The notes: generated from the sequence alone by a model not told the origin. A DNA stretch of 64,000 bases from Patescibacteria group bacterium (GCA_018971685.1 JAGXAG010000002.1:66276-130275); one strand, 5' to 3'; positions 29,193-38,563 are shown, counted from the stretch's first letter. Program-made: numbers and translations.

Positions 29193-29609
29193 TTATTGAT
29201 GCGCGAATAAGTGTTTCAGAGCATTGCGTTGGTTCCGCCTTATTATTGAAGTATCTTCGTATTCACGCATTGCGCGGAATGCAATCATATTCGTCAGCAC
29301 TTTATCGTCATTGAATAACAAGACACCGTCATTGAACATCGCCGTATATCTTATGAAAGGATTAGCCATGGTGTCGAGATTAACCACATCGACTTTGTCT
29401 ATGCCGTATGTCTTCTCTAAACTTTCTCTAATATACTCGACTCGACTCTCTTGAACTTCTCTGGGCATATTCATCGGGAAAATTACAGCTAAATCTATGT
29501 CGCTTAAAGGTCCGGCGGTGCCGCGCGCAAGAGAACCGAAGAGGTATCCGGCAATAGCGCTATTTTTACGCATAATGTCGACAATTTGTTGTTTCTGCTC
29601 GTTAGTCAC
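29193..29609 (-). CDS. Minimal nucleotidyltransferase antitoxin (MntA-like)
   Basis: YLFGSLARG...SDIDLAV, VDVVNL. Confidence 0.88.
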   Translation of the reverse strand: MTNEQKQQIVDIMRKNSAIAGYLFGSLARGTAGPLSDIDLAVIFPMNMPREVQESRVEYIRESLEKTYGIDKVDVVNLDTMANPFIRYTAMFNDGVLLFNDDKVLTNMIAFRAMREYEDTSIIRRNQRNALKHLFAHQ

Positions 29610-29674
29610 AAGCTAATAATAACACTTCCACCTTCAAATTCAAGGCTCGAGTGGCGCATGTCCGATCTTCATAT

Positions 29675-30235
29675 TTACAGATTGAATTCCCCAACTTTTA
29701 CTTTGGCCGGGCGCAAGAGCTTCCCATTCAAGGAATAGCCTTTTTGCGCCACCTCCATCACGCAATGGTCCAGTTTTTTATCATCGACCGGAATGGAGCC
29801 GACCGATTCGTGCTCGCCGTGGTCAAATCCGGAGCCGATGGCCGGGTCTATTTCTTTCAACCCCGCCTCGCCAAGCGCTTTCTTGAGCTGGTTGAAGATC
29901 GACTCAACGCCCACGCGCCAATTCTTGTCGACTTTTTCCCATGAATCCTTATGGCTTTTGGCCGTCTCGTAGTGTTCCAGTACGGGAATGATTTCGTGTA
30001 TCAATTGTTCGTTGGCGAACTTGGAAAACTCGATACGGTCCGCTTCGTCGCGTTTGCGGGCATTCACGAGATCCGCCTTGGCGCGTTGCCAGCCGGTCAG
30101 ATATTCTTGTTTTTCCGTCTCGCAAACTTTCAATTTCTCGCGGAGCTTCTTGATGGTTTCGGCCGCGTTCTCTTCGGCGATTACGGAATCATCGAGGTTT
30201 TCATCCGATTCGATTTTTATCCGGTCGTCTTTCAT
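29675..30235 (-). CDS. grpE: Nucleotide exchange factor GrpE
   Basis: QRAKADLVNARKR, QKGYSLNGKLLRPAKVKV. Confidence 0.94.
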   Translation of the reverse strand: MKDDRIKIESDENLDDSVIAEENAAETIKKLREKLKVCETEKQEYLTGWQRAKADLVNARKRDEADRIEFSKFANEQLIHEIIPVLEHYETAKSHKDSWEKVDKNWRVGVESIFNQLKKALGEAGLKEIDPAIGSGFDHGEHESVGSIPVDDKKLDHCVMEVAQKGYSLNGKLLRPAKVKVGEFNL

Positions 30236-30330
30236 GTGTTTTATTATAAAATAACCAAGATACAATAATCAAACAAATTTCAAATTCCACTAACCAAAGT
30301 TGAAAATTTGTCTGCTTATTGGTTATTCGT

Positions 30331-30738
30331 CTAGCGTTTTGACCACTGTGGACTCTTTCTGGCTTTTTTCAAGCCGAACTTTCTGCGTTCCTTGGCCCTC
30401 GGATCTCTCTTCAGGAAACCGAGCTTCTTGACCTTGCCGCGCAATTCCGCGTCATAAATTATCAACGCCCTGGCAATGCCATGCCTCATGGCGTCCGCTT
30501 GCGCGGCAATACCGCCGCCTTCAAGTTTCACTGATATCCGAAATTTTTCGACCGGCTTGGCTTTCTCGATCGCTTCCATGGCGGTCATTTGCATTTCCTT
30601 GACCGGGAAGTAAGTCTCCAGTGATTTTTGGTTTATTTCATAAGCCGTCTTCGATTCCGGGAATAGGCGTACGCGGGCAATGGCCGTTTTGCGCCGGCCC
30701 ACCGCTTCATAATATTTGGCTGATGTTTTGCTTGGCAT
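30331..30738 (-). CDS. rpsI: 30S ribosomal protein S9
   Basis: GRRKTAIARV, ERRKFGLKKARKSPQWSKR. Confidence 0.97.
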   Translation of the reverse strand: MPSKTSAKYYEAVGRRKTAIARVRLFPESKTAYEINQKSLETYFPVKEMQMTAMEAIEKAKPVEKFRISVKLEGGGIAAQADAMRHGIARALIIYDAELRGKVKKLGFLKRDPRAKERRKFGLKKARKSPQWSKR

Positions 30739-30755
30739 TTTGTGTCGATGGTGCG

Positions 30756-31100
30756 TTATTCTTTGATAATCAATCTCTTCATCCTCTCATTACGCAATTT
30801 ATTATTCGGTAACATCTTTCGGATTGCCCGAGAATAGACTTCGCTCATGCCGCGCCGCACGATCAATTCCGCCAAAGTCTCTTTGTCCAATCCGCCGCGG
30901 TGGCCAGTATAAGTCACATAAATTTCGCTTTTTTTCTTCTTGGCAGTCATTTCTGTTTTGCCGGCGTTTATGATCTCGACATTGATATCCGCAACTTTAT
31001 TCTTGGCAAAACTCGTGGAATTTTTGCCGAGCAGCGCCTTGGCCGCTTCGCTCGCGATCCTGCCGATCTTTTTACCTTGTGCGTCAATGGTGTATTTCAT
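30756..31100 (-). CDS. rplM: 50S ribosomal protein L13
   Basis: IDAQGKKIGRIAS, YTGHRGG, MLPNNKL. Confidence 0.95.
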   Translation of the reverse strand: MKYTIDAQGKKIGRIASEAAKALLGKNSTSFAKNKVADINVEIINAGKTEMTAKKKKSEIYVTYTGHRGGLDKETLAELIVRRGMSEVYSRAIRKMLPNNKLRNERMKRLIIKE

Positions 31101-31118
31101 ATTCGTATATTCATATCT

Positions 31119-31469
31119 TTAAACAAATTCAATTATTGCCATTGGAGCGTTATCCAAATCCCTGTTCGGCAATTTGATGATGCGTATATAGCCGCCGGCA
31201 CGCTTCTCGTATTTCGGCGCTACGGTATCGAACAATTTCTTGATCTCCGGTGCCCCTTGCAATCTTGATAACAGCAATCGCCGCGACGCCACCGTATTTG
31301 ATTTCGCTTTGGTCACCATTTTCTCCACGAACGGACGCAATTCTTTGGCTTTCGCCAAAGTCGTCTTTATCCGGTTATCGCGTATCAGGTTGCGCGCCAA
31401 AGATCGCAGTAGAGCATGGCGTTGGTTCTTTTCTCGGCCGAATTTCCGTGTGTTATTTGAGTGTCTCAT
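31119..31469 (-). CDS. rplQ: 50S ribosomal protein L17
   Basis: MRH, IKTTLAKAKELR, GGYIRI. Confidence 0.97.
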   Translation of the reverse strand: MRHSNNTRKFGREKNQRHALLRSLARNLIRDNRIKTTLAKAKELRPFVEKMVTKAKSNTVASRRLLLSRLQGAPEIKKLFDTVAPKYEKRAGGYIRIIKLPNRDLDNAPMAIIEFV

Positions 31470-31530
31470 TTTTTGTAATTTATCACCACCGCGAATGCTG
31501 GACCACGGATTTTGTGATAATAATAAATGT

Positions 31531-32502
31531 TTATTGCCTCAGCGATATCCCATATTGTGCCAATAATTTCTTTATTTCCTGCATACCTTTTGCTCCCAAT
31601 CCATCCACATCCATAAGATCAGCCTCCTTTTTACGCGCCAAGCCGCCTAATGTGCGGATATTGGCATTGGCAAGCGCTTTTGTTGTCCGTGAAGACAACC
31701 CGAAAGTATCGATGCGTGTTTTCATCAGTTCCGCATCCAATTCTGCCTTTTTGGACTTATCGGTATCGCCAACTTCCTCATCTTCCTTCTTAATAATATT
31801 TTCTTCACTTATTTCCTTGAAACCTACAATGGCTTTCAGTTGCTCTATCATGAGCGTTATGGACTTTTCTATGGCTTCGCGCGGGCTCAAAGTACCGTCG
31901 GTTTCTACCATAATACGCAAGCGATTGAAATCGGTCCTGTCGCCCACACGCATATTTTCCACCTCGTAGTTTGCTCTGCGGATTGGCGTGAAAGCTGCAT
32001 CCAAGGCGATTGCGCCTATTTCGACACGATCTTTCGGTGATGCTTCTTTTTGAACAAAACCTAAACCTTTTTCCACAGTCATTTCCAGGTTAATTTCGGC
32101 GTTTTTGTCCGTAAGTGACGCTATGTGCAATTCTGGATTGAGCACTTCCGCCTGGCCGGGCGCATCAATATCCTTGGCGGAAACTTGCCTGACACCTTTG
32201 ATTTTGAGTGACAGTGTTTGCGGCTCATCGGTGTTGAGCCGGATGCGTAATTTCTTCAAATTCAAAAGTATAGTAATGACATCTTCCTTGATTCCGTTGA
32301 TGGCTGAAAATTCGTGATCTACACCGGCTATCTTGACATGCGTAACAGCCGCGCCCGGTAAGGACGACAATATTATTCGGCGTAAAGAATTACCCAATGT
32401 GTGGCCGTAACCGGGATAAAGACCGTCTATCTCATAAACTCCAGAAAGACTATCTTCACGGATGACCTTGGGTTGAGACGGTAAAACGATTTCGTGATTC
32501 AT
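31531..32502 (-). CDS. rpoA: RNA polymerase alpha subunit
   Basis: GYGHTLGNSLRRIILSSLPG, alpha-CTD. Confidence 0.97.
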   Translation of the reverse strand: MNHEIVLPSQPKVIREDSLSGVYEIDGLYPGYGHTLGNSLRRIILSSLPGAAVTHVKIAGVDHEFSAINGIKEDVITILLNLKKLRIRLNTDEPQTLSLKIKGVRQVSAKDIDAPGQAEVLNPELHIASLTDKNAEINLEMTVEKGLGFVQKEASPKDRVEIGAIALDAAFTPIRRANYEVENMRVGDRTDFNRLRIMVETDGTLSPREAIEKSITLMIEQLKAIVGFKEISEENIIKKEDEEVGDTDKSKKAELDAELMKTRIDTFGLSSRTTKALANANIRTLGGLARKKEADLMDVDGLGAKGMQEIKKLLAQYGISLRQ

Positions 32503-32560
32503 GTGATTTGTTTTAATTATAAAAATAGGCTTTTAATATTGCACAAAAAATAATACTTGT

Positions 32561-33175
32561 CTAGCGTGTGTAGAACTCTAGCACCGATCTAATGTCAAAA
32601 AGCAGCTCGGATTGATCGGCCACGCCCGGTTCACCGACAATTTCAACTTCTTTCTTTTCGAGATCGACCTTCAGCCACGATGGCCATTGGGTATTCTTCA
32701 ACTCTTCCTCGAGTTTGGAAAAGACAGCTTTGTTCATACTGCCGGCGCGAATAGTTATTTTGTCCCCAACCTTAACTTTAAAAGACGGTATCGACACAGA
32801 TATGCCATTAATTCTGAAATGTCCATGTGCAGCCAATTGCCTAGCCGCGGCTCTAGTTGGAGCGAAACCAGCCCTTAGAATAGTGTTGTCCAAACGACCC
32901 TCTAGTGCGCCCAACAGATTCTTGGCATTATCTCCTTTTGTAACTAAAGCCTTTTTCACATAATTGCCGAATTGGCCGCTGGATACGCCGTAATTGAAAC
33001 GCGCTTTTTGCATTTCTAGCATCTGCCTGCCATATTCGCTTTTGCCGCCGCGGCGACCGCGCTTTTTGTTCTTATTTTTTTTCTGCGAACGGAAAGCAAA
33101 CTTTTGTGTCTGTGTTTTTCGGAAAATCGGTGCTCCGAGATATCTTGCCTTTTTGTATCTTGGTCCTATTTGCAT
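32561..33175 (-). CDS. rpsD: 30S ribosomal protein S4
   Basis: SEYGRQMLEMQK, LEGRLDN, ARQLAAHGHF. Confidence 0.96.
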   Translation of the reverse strand: MQIGPRYKKARYLGAPIFRKTQTQKFAFRSQKKNKNKKRGRRGGKSEYGRQMLEMQKARFNYGVSSGQFGNYVKKALVTKGDNAKNLLGALEGRLDNTILRAGFAPTRAAARQLAAHGHFRINGISVSIPSFKVKVGDKITIRAGSMNKAVFSKLEEELKNTQWPSWLKVDLEKKEVEIVGEPGVADQSELLFDIRSVLEFYTR

Positions 33176-33238
33176 GGTTTTTAATAAATTAATCTATAAA
33201 GAATATGCTACGCATTATAAAAATATCACTCATCAATG

Positions 33239-33670
33239 TTAAACACGCCGCGGCTTCTTCGGTGTCGGGCCATTGTGCGGTACCGGAGTTTCATCTTTTA
33301 TGGAATTGACTATAAATCCTTTGCCTATAAATCCTCGCACAGCGGATTCGCGACCAGAACCGACACCTTTTATAACCACATCGATTTCTTTCAGTCCTAG
33401 AACTTGAGCTTTGACTGCCAAATTTTCGCCAACCTTCGCCGCGGCAAACGGCGTGCCTTTTTTGGCGCCTCTAAATCCTGCCGCGCCGCTCGAACCCCAT
33501 GCCAGAGCGTTGCCGTTCTTATCGGCAAGCAGTAATTTGGTATTGTTGTAAGTCGATTGCACGAATAAAATGCCGGCTTCAATCCTCTTTTTTACCGAAC
33601 CGGAAGCAGCCTTCGGCTTTGTTTCCGAATTTTCACCCGCGCTGTTCATGACTAACCTCTTTTTTCCCAT
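33239..33670 (-). CDS. rpsK: 30S ribosomal protein S11
   Basis: STYNNT, GTPFAA, TPVPHNG. Confidence 0.97.
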   Translation of the reverse strand: MGKKRLVMNSAGENSETKPKAASGSVKKRIEAGILFVQSTYNNTKLLLADKNGNALAWGSSGAAGFRGAKKGTPFAAAKVGENLAVKAQVLGLKEIDVVIKGVGSGRESAVRGFIGKGFIVNSIKDETPVPHNGPTPKKPRRV

Positions 33671-33698
33671 GGTTTTTATTGTTTTGCTTGCTATTTAA

Positions 33699-34079
33699 TT
33701 ATGTTTTTTCCTCTTTCCTCTTGCCTGAACCCATTGTCTTTCTAACATTACCTCTGACTGTCCTCGAATTGGTCTTGGTCCTTTGTCCCCTGGTTGGCAA
33801 ATGCCTGGCATGTCTGACGCCGCGATACGCCTTGATATCTTTCAATCTCTTGATGTTTCCACCAACCTCCCTCTTAAGGTCGCCTTCGATCTTGTAACTT
33901 TCCACAAGCTTGCGAACCTCATTTTCTTTCTCGACCGACAACTGTCCCGGTTTGATCCCCGGATTGACTTTGGTCTTCAATAAAATGTGTTTTGCCCTCG
34001 ATCGGCCAACACCGTAAATAGCTGTCAGCGCGATTTCCATTCTTTTATTTTCAGGCAATGTTATTCCCAGTATTCTCAT
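33699..34079 (-). CDS. rpsM: 30S ribosomal protein S13
   Basis: ALTAIYGVG, YRGVRH, RGQRTKTNSRT. Confidence 0.97.
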   Translation of the reverse strand: MRILGITLPENKRMEIALTAIYGVGRSRAKHILLKTKVNPGIKPGQLSVEKENEVRKLVESYKIEGDLKREVGGNIKRLKDIKAYRGVRHARHLPTRGQRTKTNSRTVRGNVRKTMGSGKRKEEKT

Positions 34080-34113
34080 TGTTGTTTTTATTCGTAAATC
34101 TTAAATCAGATCT

Positions 34114-34230
34114 TTATCCCTGTCTCTGCTTATGCCTAGGATTGGCTTTGCATATTACATACAAATATCCGCCCCTGCGGACCATTTTGCATTTGGCGCA
34201 TATCTTTTTTACCGAAGCTTTGACCTTCAT
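34114..34230 (-). CDS. rpmJ: 50S ribosomal protein L36 (below ORF-track cutoff)
   Basis: Manual translation [38 protein letters not shown]. Confidence 0.95.
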   Translation of the reverse strand: MKVKASVKKICAKCKMVRRGGYLYVICKANPRHKQRQG

Positions 34231-34254
34231 TTAAAATGTTGCTTAAATTTACAC

Positions 34255-34491
34255 TTATATTCTGCGCGTAATTCTGGCTTTACCGCCATATTGGTCCTGT
34301 TCCAATTCCACATGATCGCCAACGAGCACTCTAATACGATGCATCCTCATTTTGCCGGCCAAGTAAGCCAGCACGGTTTCCTTGGAGCCATCTTCTTTGC
34401 TCTGATCAAATTCGACTCGAAACAAAGTATCCGGCAACGCTTCCGTCACGGTACCGGTCGACAGCTTTTTTGATTGGGGCGCAATATTCAT
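34255..34491 (-). CDS. infA: Translation initiation factor IF-1
   Basis: GTVTEALPDTLFRV, YLAGKMRMHRIRVLVGD. Confidence 0.95.
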   Translation of the reverse strand: MNIAPQSKKLSTGTVTEALPDTLFRVEFDQSKEDGSKETVLAYLAGKMRMHRIRVLVGDHVELEQDQYGGKARITRRI

Positions 34492-34593
34492 GCTTTGTGC
34501 GCGTTTGCTATCATAGCAAAATACCATATAATTTGTCAATTATCTGACCTTAGTCAGCAACGACGCTACATCAATCTACTTCAATATTTTTAA

Positions 34594-35532
34594 TTATACA
34601 AGACTCTTCTCCTTCCTGAAAATCAATAGCCGAAATACGGTTATGGGTTTGCTTCCATGCATATCGATGCTCTTTGTTAACTTAAAACCGGCCTTATTCG
34701 CTGCTTCGACGATATCTCCTAAGGGTCGAAAAATGTCATAGATAGTCCCTTCCTCGTAAACAGTTTTCGGCGTTTCCATACTCAGCGATTTGTGTGGCCG
34801 CTCCGAATTGTAGAAGTCGAAGTAGGCGGCGAGATTCAATCTTGCATCCTCAATATTTTCATACGACTTGATGTACACGTCCTCATACTTCACTGATCTC
34901 CACAACCTTTCCGTAAAGATGTTGTCCATGCACCGGCCTCTGCCGTCCATGGATATCTTCACGCCGTTTCCAGCGAGCAATCCGGTGAAATCATCGCCGG
35001 TGAATTGGCTGCCCTGGTCCGTGTTGGAGATTTCCGGCGCACCATACGTTTCAATCGCCGTTCTCATTGCCCCGACGCAGAAGTCAGATTCCATGGTATG
35101 CGACAGCGCCCAGCCGACGACATATCTGCTCCACCAGTCGAGGATGGCATACAGGTAACAGAAGCCATGAGCCAGTCGAATGTAGGTGATGTCACTGCCC
35201 CAGATGTGGTTCGGGTGCTCGGGACCGATATGCCGCAGAAGGTACGGGTAGAGTTTGTGGTTTGGGTTTTTAACGCTTGTTTTCTTCGTTTTTGGGTAGA
35301 TCGCCTCCAAACCCATGAGGCTCATCAGCCGGCGCACATGGTCGCGGCCAATCGTAACGTCGTATTTCTTTCCAAGATCATGCCGGATGCGGCGGGAGCC
35401 GTAGAAGGGGCGCTTGGTAAAGATTTCGTCGATTGCCTTCATAATTGCGATGTCGGCTTCGTTCACCCTTGGCTCGTAGTAGAAGCTGGCCCTGGAGATT
35501 CCGAGAAGCCCTGTCTGCCTGGTGATGCTCAT
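34594..35532 (-). CDS. IS3 transposase OrfB (DDE), fused to an unrelated ~52-aa tail
   Basis: WGSDITY, NTDQGSQF, DNIFTERLWRSVKYE, YNSERPH. Confidence 0.9.
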   Translation of the reverse strand: MSITRQTGLLGISRASFYYEPRVNEADIAIMKAIDEIFTKRPFYGSRRIRHDLGKKYDVTIGRDHVRRLMSLMGLEAIYPKTKKTSVKNPNHKLYPYLLRHIGPEHPNHIWGSDITYIRLAHGFCYLYAILDWWSRYVVGWALSHTMESDFCVGAMRTAIETYGAPEISNTDQGSQFTGDDFTGLLAGNGVKISMDGRGRCMDNIFTERLWRSVKYEDVYIKSYENIEDARLNLAAYFDFYNSERPHKSLSMETPKTVYEEGTIYDIFRPLGDIVEAANKAGFKLTKSIDMHGSKPITVFRLLIFRKEKSLV

Positions 35533-35912
35533 ATTTGATTGTGAAGGAACGACTAAATTCAGACGCGTCTCATGTTCCCAGTCTCTGCATATTTTTTTTC
35601 ATCCATTCCAGCTCCGTGTCGCGTTGGCCGATTACCTTGTAAAGCTCCTCGATGAGCTTGTCCCTGTCCTCGAATTCCTTCTTCATCTTGCCACTGAAGA
35701 GCGAGGACGCACCTTCGAGGAGTCGACGCTTCCAGAATCCGATCTGGGTCGTGTGCACCCCGTAGGTGCCGGCGATTTCTGTGGGCGACTTCATGCCCTT
35801 TAAGGCCTCAAGTGCGACCTTGGCTTTGTAATCTGGTGAGAATTGTTTTTTCATGGTGGTATTTTACCACCTCTGATCTCAGAGAGCTGTCTAAATTTCC
35901 CAGACCACTATA
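34750..35912 (-). mobile_element. IS3-family insertion sequence, right end apparently lost
   Basis: orfA plus orfB; left IR TATAGTGGTCTGGGAAATTTAGACA at 35888-35912; no matching right IR seen after orfB. Confidence 0.85.
35570..35854 (-). CDS. IS3 transposase OrfA (HTH)
   Basis: FSPDYKAKVALEA, YGVHTTQIGFWK, ELEWMKK. Confidence 0.9.
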   Translation of the reverse strand: MKKQFSPDYKAKVALEALKGMKSPTEIAGTYGVHTTQIGFWKRRLLEGASSLFSGKMKKEFEDRDKLIEELYKVIGQRDTELEWMKKNMQRLGT

Positions 35913-36001
35913 TTTTCCGCGAGCCATTTTCCTTCCAAGATGATGGCAGGTATGCCATATCTCCTGTAAGTGATCGCCCGCGATGTTTTTAGCTTTTTCA
36001 T
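35913..36001 (-). pseudogene. SymE-like toxin fragment interrupted by IS3
   Basis: MKKLKTSRAITYRRYGIPAIILEGKWLAE ends at the IS left IR; PxIxLxGKWL is SymE-family-like. Confidence 0.55.
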
Positions 36002-36102
36002 CGGTTGCATCTGGCCGTCTAGATTCGGCCTATCCCATAAGGGACAATGAATTGCTTGGCTGATAAATTTCGACCTTTGCGGCAAGCTTTCCAGGGCAAC
36101 AA

Positions 36103-36128
36103 AAAAGCCCTGTGTTCAACAGGACTTT
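36103..36128 (-). terminator. Probable terminator after gap
   Basis: AAAG.CCTG..CAGG.CTTT hairpin with A-tract on + strand. Confidence 0.55.
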
Positions 36129-36157
36129 GATGTTAAATGATTAGATTTTCAGCCTTT

Positions 36158-37189
36158 TTATATGAGTCTTCCTGCAGCGATCACATGGCGCACAAGGGTA
36201 TGGGTATACCCCATTTCGTTATCATACCACCCCAGCACTTTGACCAAGTTGCCGTCGACAACTCTCGTCATCTCCAGGTCGGCAATGGAGGCGTGGCGAT
36301 TGCCGACGATGTCGTGAGAGACCAAGGGCTCTTCGGTGACAGTGAATATGCCGTTCCACCTGGGCTCGGCGGCCGCTTTCTTGAGAATGGAATTAACCTC
36401 CTCCACGGTGGTGTTGCGCTTGGCGATGAATGTCACATCCGCTATGGAACCCGTAACAACCGGAACCCTGATGGAAATGCCGTCGAACTTCCCACTCAGC
36501 TGGGTGGCGACTTTGGTCACGGCGATGGCGGCGCCCGTGGAGGAAGGCACCATATTCATGGCCGCGGCGCGGCCTTCACGCAGATCCTTCTTGGAAGGAC
36601 CATCAACCAAGGCCTGGGAGGCCGTATAGGCGTGAACAGTATTCAGAATGGCCTTCTCTATGCCTATAGTCTCATCCATGATGGCGATGATCGGGCTTGA
36701 TGCGTTTGTCGTACAAGAAGCGTTGGAAGAAACCTTGCATGATTCGAGCTTGTCTTCATTCATAGCCATGAGAATAGTCTCCCCTTTTAGGGCCGCATCC
36801 GGCGCATCATTGATCGGAGCCGATATGACTACCCTCTTGGCTCCGGCATCGAGATGCACCTGAGATTTTTCGGCGGAAGTGAATAGTCCTGTCGATTCCA
36901 CGACGACATCAATGTCCAATTTCTTCCACGGCAGTTTGGTCGGATCCTTCTCGCTCAAGAATAACACTTCCTGGCCATCTACGACCATTGAATTGTTTTT
37001 TTCATTCACGGAAACCTCGAACGGACTCACGCCGTATGCCGTGTCATATTTCAAGAGATAAGCGAAATTGTCGATCTTGCCCAAGTCATTGACCGCCACC
37101 ACTTCCAATTCTTGCCTCTCTCTGGCCACTTTCAGGAAAGCCCTGCCTATCCTGCCGAAACCGTTGATTGCTACGCGTATTTTTTTCAT
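36158..37189 (-). CDS. gap: Glyceraldehyde-3-phosphate dehydrogenase, type I
   Basis: INGFGRIGR, SNASCTTN, WYDNE. Confidence 0.97.
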   Translation of the reverse strand: MKKIRVAINGFGRIGRAFLKVARERQELEVVAVNDLGKIDNFAYLLKYDTAYGVSPFEVSVNEKNNSMVVDGQEVLFLSEKDPTKLPWKKLDIDVVVESTGLFTSAEKSQVHLDAGAKRVVISAPINDAPDAALKGETILMAMNEDKLESCKVSSNASCTTNASSPIIAIMDETIGIEKAILNTVHAYTASQALVDGPSKKDLREGRAAAMNMVPSSTGAAIAVTKVATQLSGKFDGISIRVPVVTGSIADVTFIAKRNTTVEEVNSILKKAAAEPRWNGIFTVTEEPLVSHDIVGNRHASIADLEMTRVVDGNLVKVLGWYDNEMGYTHTLVRHVIAAGRLI

Positions 37190-37260
37190 GATATTTGAAA
37201 ATAAATTGTTAAAACTTTCCCTTGTTTTTTAATTGCATCTATTATATCATAATATATGGT

Positions 37261-37371
37261 ATGAACATGAACTACTGGATTAAGAAAAACGCCTTGCGTC
37301 CGGTTGCTCGTTGTAGCTCCGGATGCAGGCTTGGGCGAGGATTCCAACAGGGGATCCTTGCCCATTTTTAA
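37261..37371 (+). other. Small ORF (36 aa) or structured sRNA ending in a terminator
   Basis: MNMNYWIKKNALRPVARCSSGCRLGRGFQQGILAHF*; hairpins at 37291-37330 and 37332-37364 followed by T-tract. Confidence 0.35.
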
Positions 37372-37401
37372 TCAAATTATATTTGAATCCTGACAAAATA
37401 T

Positions 37402-38532
37402 TCATAACATATTGATGTCAGACTTCTGTAAAATATTTTTTATCAATCCAGGACCGCCAAAAATCATCCCCGTAATGAGCTGCAGCAAATCCGCTCCGGC
37501 CTTGAATTTTGCCGCGGCATCTTCTGGCGACATAACGCCGCCGGCTCCTATAATAGTGAACCGCTTGCCGTAAGTTTGCCGCGTCTTCCGGATCAATTCG
37601 TCGGACAACTTGGCGCACGGCTTGCCGGAAAGGCCGCCTTGATATTCCGGCGGCGCTTCCCCGCCGACATCGAGCGAGCCGTAATCTTTATTCAGGTTGC
37701 CGATAACGACGCCGTTGAGCCCGTACATGTCGATGATATCGAGCAAGGCCTTGAATTGGTCCCAGGCCAAATTTATCGGCATTTTGACATAGACGGGTTT
37801 GTTGCAAGGTATTTGCTTCAGTCGAGCCAACAATTTATCGAGTAGTTCCGGCGTGGCGAACGCCTCGCCACCAAAGGCGTTCGGGCACGAAATGTTGATG
37901 GTGTAATAGTCGCCGACATTTTCCTCGTTTAGTCGCCTGAATGAATAGGCGTAATCTTCGACGCCGGTTTCAACTGTCGCGGATTTTTCGTCGTTCGTGC
38001 GCGCTATCGATATTCCCACTACAAACCCAGCCTCCCCCTTCCCGCCGCAACGAAATGTCTCGCATCCGGCTTCGCTTCGTTCGACACCTGTCGCCCGCTC
38101 GGAGGCCGAGGCGGCTGTCGCATGGACTGCTTTTAAACGCTCGATTATCACATCAACGCCATCGTTCTTAAGACCTTTATTGACAACGATGCTGCGTGAC
38201 TTGGGCAACCTCTGTAGGCGCGGCTTGGGATTGCCGGCACACGGCCGCGCAGTCACCGATCCAACTTCTTCGCCGCCAAATCCGACGCATGGCAATATTC
38301 CGCACAAACGCGCATTGTAATCAAAACCGGCGGCCAGCAATACGGGTGTACGATATTTTATCCCGTCCACGGTTTTACCGATGTCTCGGCCGTTATATCC
38401 GTAAATCATATTGGTTGCGGCGCGCGTGATCTCGTGATCACCCAAAAATTCCCCGAAATTGATGAATCGGTCGTGGACAAATTCAGGGTCAAAACGGAAA
38501 AGTATCGGCTTCAACAATTTTCGGTACAACAT
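37402..38532 (-). CDS. pyrD: Dihydroorotate dehydrogenase (quinone, class 2) with internal insertion
   Basis: LAAGFD, GSVT, GNPKPR, INISCPN, GGLSG, IIGAGG. Confidence 0.93.
   Translation of the reverse strand: MLYRKLLKPILFRFDPEFVHDRFINFGEFLGDHEITRAATNMIYGYNGRDIGKTVDGIKYRTPVLLAAGFDYNARLCGILPCVGFGGEEVGSVTARPCAGNPKPRLQRLPKSRSIVVNKGLKNDGVDVIIERLKAVHATAASASERATGVERSEAGCETFRCGGKGEAGFVVGISIARTNDEKSATVETGVEDYAYSFRRLNEENVGDYYTINISCPNAFGGEAFATPELLDKLLARLKQIPCNKPVYVKMPINLAWDQFKALLDIIDMYGLNGVVIGNLNKDYGSLDVGGEAPPEYQGGLSGKPCAKLSDELIRKTRQTYGKRFTIIGAGGVMSPEDAAAKFKAGADLLQLITGMIFGGPGLIKNILQKSDINML
38028..38117. repeat. Palindromic element (CTTCGCT-loop family) inserted in-frame in pyrD
   Basis: 90 bp bounded by CAGCC/GGCTG; core TGTCTCGCATCCGGCTTCGCTTCGTTCGACAC matches 48842-48871. 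Confidence 0.8.
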
Positions 38533-38563
38533 GATGGTTAAACGCGCGACAAAACCGCCAAAA

